The notes beneath the pieces were generated by a model. The model saw nothing but the letters and a program-made list of their open reading frames with translations, made no database searches and was not told where the DNA came from. A program made the position numbers and the translations under genes. From Methanoculleus sp. UBA208 (GTDB lineage Archaea > Halobacteriota > Methanomicrobia > Methanomicrobiales > Methanoculleaceae), in contig NZ_DAFZ01000109.1 in NCBI RefSeq assembly GCF_002498065.1, positions 2,542 to 66,541 on the forward strand: a stretch of 64,000 bases of DNA, read 5' to 3'. Shown here one piece after another: positions 46,032 to 53,501 of this stretch (position 1 is its first letter; every line of letters begins with the position of its first letter).

Positions 46032-46323
46032 GGTAGATCTCTATCTTCCGGGATCGAAAAGATTCGCTTTCGGTCAGCCCGGTTCGCGTGTCATGCCGCC
46101 ACCGCCGCCCGGGTCCGGCTGTTGTCCGTCACCGGTGTCGCACAAGACATTTTGTGGGCCACAAAAGTGCATTTCATGCCGCGCAAATGTTGTTGTGGGT
46201 CATAAGTGTCCCACTACCGCTCGCCGGGAATGGTTTGTGTACATTCTGGTATACACAAGATCAGTTGCGTATATCGGATCGGGGTTTTGATATACCCAAC
46301 CGGGTTTGCAGATACCAGAATAC

Positions 46324-47433
46324 TCACAACCGATCCCCCTCGGTGATGGCAAGCAGGCGCGGGAAGGCATACATGCTCGCTCTTCGTCCCGTTCCTCTCT
46401 GCAATACCTGGATAACGTCGATCTTCTCCAGGTCCTTAAGAATCTTAGCCCCGCTTACCCTCGGAATTGCAGACCGTTCGTAAAACTCGGCCGAACTGAA
46501 GATCGGCGCCCCGAAGAGCGCATCGATCGCGGCGACGGCGTACTGCGACCGGGTCACCTCCGGCACCGTCCGTTTCATCTCGTCATAGAGATCGAGGATC
46601 TGCTTTGCTTTTTTGCCGTTCTCCTCCGCCTGCTCCTCGATGGCACGGAGGAAGAACGTAATCCAGCCGTTCCAGTCCCGGTCCCGGGAGACCGCGAGCA
46701 GACGCTCGTAGTAGACCTGCCGGTGCCGCTCGAGGTAGGCGCTTATATAGAACATGGGGCTTGCAATCAGCCCCTTCTCGTACATGATCAGCGGGATGAG
46801 CATCCTCCCGATACGCCCGTTGCCGTCGCAGAACGGGTGGATGAGTTCGAACTGTGCTTTTAAGACGGAGAGCTGGACGAGGACGTCCTTCTCCTCGCGC
46901 TGCAGGTAGGCCCCCCAGTCCGCGAGCGCCCCGGGAACCCTTTCCGGTGCCGGCGGGACGAAGATCGCGTGCTCGATATGCGCGTCCCGTCCGATGAAGT
47001 TCTGGATCTCCCGGATACATCCCGGCTCCCGGTCCATGCCCCTGCTGTCGGCGAGCAAGATCCGGTGCAGGTTGCAGATCAGGGCCGTATCCAGCGGCCG
47101 GGTCTTGAGGGCGTCCACCGCAACGTTGAGTGCCTCCCGGTAGTTGATGATCTCCTGGATGTCGGCAAGGGTGGTGTCGTTGATCCGCTCCCGCGGGTTC
47201 GCCTCGAACCGCAGGACGTCCTCAAGCGACGCCTGCGTCCCCTCGATCCTCGAGGAGAGCACCGCCTCCTGCGTCAGGAGCGGGGAGAGGAGGAGCCGTG
47301 GGTTTGGGATCGCCTGGAGGATGCCGTCGTACCGGGCGAGGGCACGGTTTGCCGACGCTATTCTCGGAATGTGGGTCTCCCAGTCGATCCCCTCCGGGGG
47401 CAGCGGCTCCGGGGCGTAGGGCGCAACCGTCAT
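46324..47433 (-). CDS. Fic-family protein (class II, internal inhibitory helix) with a C-terminal winged helix
   Basis: Track ORF, 369 aa. The canonical Fic motif is HPFCDGNGRIGR. The upstream inhibitory motif [ST]xxxE[GN] is readable as SSRIEG. Confidence 0.85.
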   Translation of the reverse strand: MTVAPYAPEPLPPEGIDWETHIPRIASANRALARYDGILQAIPNPRLLLSPLLTQEAVLSSRIEGTQASLEDVLRFEANPRERINDTTLADIQEIINYREALNVAVDALKTRPLDTALICNLHRILLADSRGMDREPGCIREIQNFIGRDAHIEHAIFVPPAPERVPGALADWGAYLQREEKDVLVQLSVLKAQFELIHPFCDGNGRIGRMLIPLIMYEKGLIASPMFYISAYLERHRQVYYERLLAVSRDRDWNGWITFFLRAIEEQAEENGKKAKQILDLYDEMKRTVPEVTRSQYAVAAIDALFGAPIFSSAEFYERSAIPRVSGAKILKDLEKIDVIQVLQRGTGRRASMYAFPRLLAITEGDRL

Positions 47434-47531
47434 GCCGCCTCCTCACGGACCGCCGTGAACCCATCGAGAATAGGAAGACTGGCGATGTGCCGGAGATCCT
47501 TCATATAATTATCCGGTGGTGCGAGAGAGTA

Positions 47532-47879
47532 TTAACATTGATTGTTTGCGATTACGACGTTTGCTATCCGTCGTATACCCTGCATGCCGCCCGGTCGATT
47601 GAAACGGCAGTCGCCGGTGTGTACCGGAACGGTTATCTCGACCGTGCATCTCATCGCCGCGGCGTTCAGGCCGCACGAAAAGCATCCGCTCCCGGTGGAT
47701 GCGGGCATGCCGCTCGATCGGGCAGGGTCTCTAAACCTTACGACATCATCCGCGTGGCCGAAAGTCCTGGACGGGCACCGCCCGGCGTCCCGGTCGGCGG
47801 GAACGGGGCCGTTGATGCTGCATTCCCCCTCGGTCTCGGTCTTCTTCGTATAGAGGGCGCAGTCGTTGCAGGTCGGCAT
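47532..47879 (-). CDS. Hypothetical Cys-rich protein (115 aa)
   Basis: Inner ATG of track ORF 47532..47975. MPTCNDCALYTKKTETEGECSINGPVPADRDAGRCP.... No family recognised, and coding status is uncertain. Confidence 0.3.
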   Translation of the reverse strand: MPTCNDCALYTKKTETEGECSINGPVPADRDAGRCPSRTFGHADDVVRFRDPARSSGMPASTGSGCFSCGLNAAAMRCTVEITVPVHTGDCRFNRPGGMQGIRRIANVVIANNQC

Positions 47880-48323
47880 AAAGACCCCTTTCCCGCCCGG
47901 GAGATATAGGTTTTGCCGGGTCCGCGGAGGGGACGTTTCCTCCGGATGAATATCCCGGAGTACAGCGCAAACCACCCTGCTCGCCGCGGGGATATGACCT
48001 GGCAGCAGTACATCCTCCGCGTCGGCAACGTCCTCACCAGCATGACGCGGAGCATCCGCTGGCTTGGCTCTTCTTACGTCGCGATCTTCGGGATGCGGAC
48101 GGGAACGGAGATCATGCTCGTCTCGACGGTGCTCCGGAACGGGACCATGGTGTTGCTGGTCGCCGTGCTGGCGTACGGCCTGGGCTGGGGGTGAGGGTGC
48201 GGCGTGGCGGGTGGCGCTCTTGGGCCAAGCGTCGGGATGTGTTAGCAGGCTGCTTCGCTCTTTTGGTGCTGTAAAAAAAGATCTTTGACGGAGTGGAAAT
48301 ACTTTGAAAACGGGATTATTGGA

Positions 48324-48752
48324 TTAGATCTGTAGATCTCCTTTTTCCCGCAGATAATTCCCGGGGCCTGATGTTGCGAAGGTAGCAGTCAGTATGGCTT
48401 CGAGAGGTTTGAGGATCGATGTACCTTCGTCGAAAGCATCGGCAAGCAACCTCATTCCTTCCTGGATTTTTTCAAAATGCCTCGCTTCAAGTGGGACTGT
48501 GCTATCGCCGGAACGGATGCGTTTAAACCGATCCATCAACCCCGTGTAACAGGTATTGAGGACGAAATCAGCCATAAGGTAGTCATCAGTGAATGCATAG
48601 CGGAGCGTGCGATTAGTAATACCATATGCTGCAGAGAAATAGTAAATTTTCTTCTCAATGTTCTCCTCCTTTCGCATCATCGCTTCTACCCGCCGCAACT
48701 CGGTGACGAGTTCCTTTCTGAAGAAATCTTGCCTTGACATAATTTCCCTCAC
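48324..48752 (-). CDS. Hypothetical helical protein (142 aa) in an AT-richer insert
   Basis: Track ORF. 4-nt overlap with the upstream wHTH gene. Its composition matches the low-GC segment. No family recognised. Confidence 0.5.
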   Translation of the reverse strand: MREIMSRQDFFRKELVTELRRVEAMMRKEENIEKKIYYFSAAYGITNRTLRYAFTDDYLMADFVLNTCYTGLMDRFKRIRSGDSTVPLEARHFEKIQEGMRLLADAFDEGTSILKPLEAILTATFATSGPGNYLREKGDLQI

Positions 48753-49252
48753 TGGAAATATCTCGGATGCTCATCGCCATAGATACTATCTGCAGTCGCA
48801 CACGGTGGGACGAGCACGGATGTCGCTCCAATGACACTGCCCCCCCAAGCTTCACCCTCAAAAGGAGCATACCCGGAAATCCAGCCCTCCTCTGCGGAGA
48901 TGTTCGGGGGTGCGCTGGCACCTCTGTCCTGGATATACTCGTGGATTTCTTTAAGCCGTTCTTCACCGAGCATTTTCTCGATGAGGGCATTGTTCAGGTC
49001 ATCAATGCGCCGTACAATCGAAGAATCCGTATTAATCGAGTAGAGAGGAACCCTTCCTGTACCCACGTTCAGGAGGCCCCATGCAACAAATTTTTTCACG
49101 ACCCTGCCTGCGGTGACACGCGAAACGCCTGCCTCTTCTGCGAGTTCGGTAACGTTAAATTCCATGTCGGATAGCGGCAGGAGGAACTCGAGAATTCTCA
49201 ACTCGCAGGTGTTTCCAAATAATCCTTCAAACGGACGTGTCATAGATCTCAC
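48749..49252 (-). CDS. Winged-helix transcriptional regulator (167 aa) in an AT-richer insert
   Basis: Track ORF. CELRILEFLLPLSDMEFNVTELAEEAGVSRVTAGRVVKKFVAWGLL is a classic wHTH. Confidence 0.6.
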   Translation of the reverse strand: MRSMTRPFEGLFGNTCELRILEFLLPLSDMEFNVTELAEEAGVSRVTAGRVVKKFVAWGLLNVGTGRVPLYSINTDSSIVRRIDDLNNALIEKMLGEERLKEIHEYIQDRGASAPPNISAEEGWISGYAPFEGEAWGGSVIGATSVLVPPCATADSIYGDEHPRYFQ

Positions 49253-49335
49253 ATAATCTCATGCGTTGATCAAGAATGCTATACGCGTACTGATAACTGA
49301 TATTGTCGCAAGTGATAAAAATATTTTGCATCGTG

Positions 49336-49731
49336 TCAGAGCTTACGATATCGCCCATCAACGACGTTATATCCATGACTTTTCAGAGCAAAGATGGCGC
49401 TCTTCATGTCGGCTATGTAGTATTTCACTTTCTTTTTCCTGATCTGTGCCACATATCCGTCGTTCATCAGGATCTGAAGTGTATCTTCAATGGACAGACA
49501 GGATCGTCCCGTGAATTTCTTTATATAAATTTTGTACAGTTTTTCGGAATGATAGCCTGCATCCGTCCGAAAGTGCCTCCCCTTGTATAAAACATTGAGA
49601 ATAAAGAGCGCTTCATCGGGGAGATCGCATGACATAAGACACTGATTTACAGTTCTTTTCGTTGTGATATATAATGTGGCGGTTTGAGATTCGTTCCTTT
49701 TGAGGGGCCGATATCGGTTTTCCTCCTTCAA
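49336..49731 (-). CDS. Hypothetical protein, possibly winged-helix (131 aa), in an AT-richer insert
   Basis: Track ORF. SIEDTLQILMNDGYVAQIRKKKVKYY looks like a recognition helix plus wing. The protein is Lys-rich and the DNA is low-GC. Confidence 0.5.
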   Translation of the reverse strand: MKEENRYRPLKRNESQTATLYITTKRTVNQCLMSCDLPDEALFILNVLYKGRHFRTDAGYHSEKLYKIYIKKFTGRSCLSIEDTLQILMNDGYVAQIRKKKVKYYIADMKSAIFALKSHGYNVVDGRYRKL

Positions 49732-49880
49732 CAGGGTCTGATATCCGTTCTAGCGACGGCTTTTTTGGGCTGCACGGAAAACCTGTGTTGTCTCACCTTA
49801 TCCGGTTTCATTGCATACAGGTGGCCCTGCAGATTGCATCGCTCACGAACGCGGCTGCTTCTCAATGAACCATCCGTGGT

Positions 49881-50297
49881 TCACCCGCCCTGCACCTCCC
49901 GCACCGCCCGTATCTCCGGGATCTCCATCCCGCCGAGCAGCTCGACGATCGCCTGCACGTAGGGCTCCTGCCGGGTGCAGCTCGGGGATGCACGGGGGTC
50001 GCTCCGCTGCCCCCGCCGCCCCATCTTCGCATGGCCGGTGGCGACGTAGTGCAGGAAGTCCTCTTTCGGGAGACCCCACCGGCAGTTGACCTGCAGCCGG
50101 ACGAAATCGGCGTTCTTGTTCGGGAAGAGCACTGCATGCGTCGGTGGGAGCGGGACCGGATTTCCGCCGTTTGATGCGGCAAGGTCGATAACCCGCCGCC
50201 ACAGCCGGTCGCAGGCTGCCTCCGGGCACGTCCTGCAGTAGCGGTTCGACGGCGGCGTGCCGTCGCCGGTGTAGTGGCGGCAGAAGTTCGTGTCCAT
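49881..50297 (-). CDS. Hypothetical Cys-rich protein, possibly the 3' part of a frameshifted gene starting at 50388
   Basis: Track ORF, 138 aa. A second ORF (49843..50388) starts MSVVILVGEESGPAWIAAQFNREHRDVMIAH behind a GGAGGAGGG box, then degenerates where this frame begins. No family recognised. Confidence 0.3.
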   Translation of the reverse strand: MDTNFCRHYTGDGTPPSNRYCRTCPEAACDRLWRRVIDLAASNGGNPVPLPPTHAVLFPNKNADFVRLQVNCRWGLPKEDFLHYVATGHAKMGRRGQRSDPRASPSCTRQEPYVQAIVELLGGMEIPEIRAVREVQGG

Positions 50298-50429
50298 GAG
50301 CGATCATTACGTCTCTGTGCTCGCGGTTAAACTGTGCGGCTATCCAGGCGGGCCCGGACTCCTCCCCGACCAAAATAACAACACTCATCCCTCCTCCTCC
50401 CCCAACCCCTCACCAGGAGAGAACACCGG

Positions 50430-53400
50430 ATGTCCCCCGCCGTTCTGTACCGCCAATTGCCTGGAGAGGGTCTCGACGCGTTCGTCACGGAGTTCCGGAA
50501 AGCCGCCGCCCGCGACCCGTTCGGCACCGTCTTCATCGTCCCGACGTCCTACCTCGCCCGTGAGGTCGCCCGCCGCCTCGGGGAGCAGGGTGTCCCGTTC
50601 GTCGCCGACGCGGTCACCACCCTTCCCGGGTTCGCCCGGAAGGTCTTCTTCGAGCACACGACGGTGGAGACGCAGATCTCCGCTACCGCGTCCCGGCTCG
50701 TCCTCGCCCGGCTGCTCGCCGCCGGCAGGTACCCGCTCCTCGCCGGGACCGGGGCCGTCGACGAACTCGCGACCCTCTTTGAAGTTCTCATCATGCGGAA
50801 GGTCGACTACCCGGCCGCCCTCGGCGACTTTGCCGGCGAAAAAAGTGCCGAGATCGCGGCCCTTTTCGACGCATACCTCCGGTTCCTCGACGAGCGCGGT
50901 CTTGTCGACGAGAGCACCCTGTTCTCCCGGGTCGTCCGGCTGCTCGACGATTCGAGTGAGTTCCGGACGGTCTTCGTCTACGGGCTCTTCGAGCCGATGC
51001 CGCTCGAGCGGGACCTGCTTCTTGTCCTGCGGGAGTCCGCGGAGGAGTTCCACTACTCATTGCCCTATGCCCCGAACCCGGCGGTCTTCCCGGATGACGG
51101 CGAGTGGCTGCACCCGGACGCGGTCGTCTCCGGAGATGCCCCGGATGCTCGCCGTTCACACCTCGCCGGGCTCTTCTCCCGGCGGGAGCCCGAGGACTGC
51201 GGAAGGTTCGTCCGGGTCGCAGAACGGCGGGACCGGCTCGACGAAGTCCGTGCGATCGCGCAGGAGATCCGGGACCTCGTCGCCGCCGGGGTCCGGCCGG
51301 ACGCGATCACCGTCGCGTTCCCCGACCTCGCATCGGCGGTGCCCTATGTGGAAGAGGTCTTCCCGGACTTCACGCTCCCGTACGCCGCGTCCGGCGGCCG
51401 GCCGCTCTCTGCATCACCGCTTGTCCAGGCGCTTCTTTCGGTCCTCGTCGTCCCGGTCCGCGGCTACCGGCGGGAGGACGTCGTCGCCCTCACGACCTCC
51501 CCCTACCTGCCGAACGCAGGCGGCTGCGAGCTTGACGTCCTCTCCCGGGAGGCCCGGATAACCGCCGGGAACTGGGATGAACGGTTTGCCGCACTGATCT
51601 CTGCTCTCGAGGACGAGCTGGAGCGGCCGGACTCCGCGAAAACCCGGCTCGCAGCAAAGATCGCCGCCGTCGAAGCGGCGCGGGACACCGTCCGGGCTCT
51701 CTTTGCCGATCTCTCGGTGCTCGAGGGAACGAAGACGATCCGGGAACACCTCGCCGCCTACCGCTCGCTCCTTGACCGGTGGCAGGCTCCGGCGATGCCG
51801 GAGGAGGGCGACCCCGCTCTCCTCGAGGACGAGGCCCGGGATCTGAGGGGATTTATGGAGACCCTCGCAGCCCTTGAACGCCTCGCCCTGCTCCTCCCCG
51901 GGGAGAAGGTGGCGCTTGCGGAGTTCTCCTCCATGCTCGGGCTCCTTTTCGCCGGGACCCGGACCGGCAGACGGCGGCACGGTAACGCCGTCCGGGTGGT
52001 CGGCGTCCGGGAGGTCGCGCACCTCTCCGTCCCCTTCCTCTTCATCGGCGACCTCGTCGAGGGCGCGATGCCGCGGCTGACCACCCGGCTCCCGTTCACC
52101 ACCGATGCCGAGACCCGGCGCCTTGCGACGCGATCGAAGGAAGATATCCTCCGGGAGGAGCGCTACCACTTCACCGCGGCTCTTCTTGCCGCCCGAACCC
52201 GGGTCTGCCTGAGTTATCCCGCAGCCGACGGCGCAACGCCGCTGGTGCGCTCCGGGTTCGTGGACGCCGTCCGGGAGGCCTTCTCCCCGGAAACCTGGGG
52301 GGACGGCGGCTTCCCGGACTCCCGGCTCGCGGCAGCCCGGCGGGCCGGCGCCCTCCTCGCCCGGGGGGAAATCCCCGCCGGGATGCCGGCCCCCCTCACC
52401 ATCCGCGAGGCCGTCCGTCGGCTCAACATCGAGAACTACCACCGGAAGGGCGGCTACGACTCCCCCTACGACGGCCGGATCGGCGACGACCCGGCAATTC
52501 TCGCGGCGCTCGCCGAACGGTTCGGTGACGGGGCCGTCTTCTCACCGACGGCGCTCGAGACCTATGCCGACTGCCCGTTCCGGTTCTACCTGGAGCGGGT
52601 CCTCGATCTGGCGCCCCTTCCCGAAGCCGACCCCGACCTGACGGCGCAGGAGCGGGGAAGCCTCGTCCACCGGATCGCCTACCGGTTCTACTCCGGCTGG
52701 AGGTGCGACGGCAACGAGGCGGTCACCGACGCGTGCTACCCGGACGCCCTCCGGCGGATCCTCGACGCCGGCCGGGAAGAGGCCGGCCGGTTCACGTTTG
52801 AGACCCCGGCATGGGCCGCGGATAAAGAACTCCTCCTCGGGTCGCCTGCGGCGGGAAGGGGCCTCCTCGAGCGGTTCCTCCGGCACGAGGCGGAGGTCGC
52901 TGCCTCCCGCTTCGTCCCGCACGCGTTCGAGGTCTCGTTCGGCCTCCCGCTGGTGCCGGGGGAGGTCGATGCGGCCTCGATACCCGATGCGGTCGCGATC
53001 CCGCTCGGCGACGAGACCATCCGTATACGGGGCAGGGTCGACCGGGTCGATGTGCTGCCCGACGGGCGGTTCATGATCACCGACTACAAAACGGGAACCT
53101 CCCATCCACGGTTCAAGGATATCGAGGCCGGTAAAGCGCTCCAGCTCCCCCTCTACCTCCGGGCGGTCGAGACGCTGACCGGGATGGAGGGAGTCGCGGG
53201 CACCTACTACACCCTCCGGCGCGGGCAGGTCCGGAACCGGCCGGTCTTCTGGGACGCAGGGCTGAAGGACTGCTTCTCCTGCTACCCGGGGTCGCGGCAG
53301 GGCGGCGTCGAGGACGTCCGCGAGCTGGTCGAGACCACGCTCTCGTGGGTGCGGGAGTATCTTGCCGGAATACGCGGCGGCTGCTTCCCGCCCCGGTCGG

Positions 53401-53501
53401 ACGCCGGCTCCTGTCCGGCCTACTGCGGATTCAAGACCGCCTGCCGGTTCGACGCCCTGCAGCTGCTTAACACGGAGGTGAACCCCGATGGGACTGACTG
53501 A
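50430..53501 (+). CDS. AddB-like helicase-nuclease subunit (inactive helicase-like N-terminus, C-terminal PD-(D/E)XK nuclease with Fe-S cysteines)
   Basis: Track ORF, 1023 aa. No Walker A is present (FIVPTSYLAREV). The C-terminus has ETYADCPFRFYLERVL ... GRVDRVDVLPDGRFMITDYKTG ... GSCPAYCGFKTACRF, which is the AddB 4-Cys pattern. Confidence 0.85.
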   Translation: MSPAVLYRQLPGEGLDAFVTEFRKAAARDPFGTVFIVPTSYLAREVARRLGEQGVPFVADAVTTLPGFARKVFFEHTTVETQISATASRLVLARLLAAGRYPLLAGTGAVDELATLFEVLIMRKVDYPAALGDFAGEKSAEIAALFDAYLRFLDERGLVDESTLFSRVVRLLDDSSEFRTVFVYGLFEPMPLERDLLLVLRESAEEFHYSLPYAPNPAVFPDDGEWLHPDAVVSGDAPDARRSHLAGLFSRREPEDCGRFVRVAERRDRLDEVRAIAQEIRDLVAAGVRPDAITVAFPDLASAVPYVEEVFPDFTLPYAASGGRPLSASPLVQALLSVLVVPVRGYRREDVVALTTSPYLPNAGGCELDVLSREARITAGNWDERFAALISALEDELERPDSAKTRLAAKIAAVEAARDTVRALFADLSVLEGTKTIREHLAAYRSLLDRWQAPAMPEEGDPALLEDEARDLRGFMETLAALERLALLLPGEKVALAEFSSMLGLLFAGTRTGRRRHGNAVRVVGVREVAHLSVPFLFIGDLVEGAMPRLTTRLPFTTDAETRRLATRSKEDILREERYHFTAALLAARTRVCLSYPAADGATPLVRSGFVDAVREAFSPETWGDGGFPDSRLAAARRAGALLARGEIPAGMPAPLTIREAVRRLNIENYHRKGGYDSPYDGRIGDDPAILAALAERFGDGAVFSPTALETYADCPFRFYLERVLDLAPLPEADPDLTAQERGSLVHRIAYRFYSGWRCDGNEAVTDACYPDALRRILDAGREEAGRFTFETPAWAADKELLLGSPAAGRGLLERFLRHEAEVAASRFVPHAFEVSFGLPLVPGEVDAASIPDAVAIPLGDETIRIRGRVDRVDVLPDGRFMITDYKTGTSHPRFKDIEAGKALQLPLYLRAVETLTGMEGVAGTYYTLRRGQVRNRPVFWDAGLKDCFSCYPGSRQGGVEDVRELVETTLSWVREYLAGIRGGCFPPRSDAGSCPAYCGFKTACRFDALQLLNTEVNPDGTD

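Noticed and set aside
47913-48288. Small plus-strand ORFs 47913..48194 and 48064..48288 between the Cys-rich ORF and the AT-rich insert
   Set aside because: They have weak coding appearance apart from one hydrophobic C-terminal stretch (MVLLVAVLAYGLGWG). No motif or start context supports them, so they are left unannotated.
50290-51561. 423-aa Ser/Pro/Arg-rich ORF in an alternative frame of the AddB-like gene
   Set aside because: It is extreme low-complexity sequence that fully overlaps the AddB-like frame, which carries the recognisable motifs.
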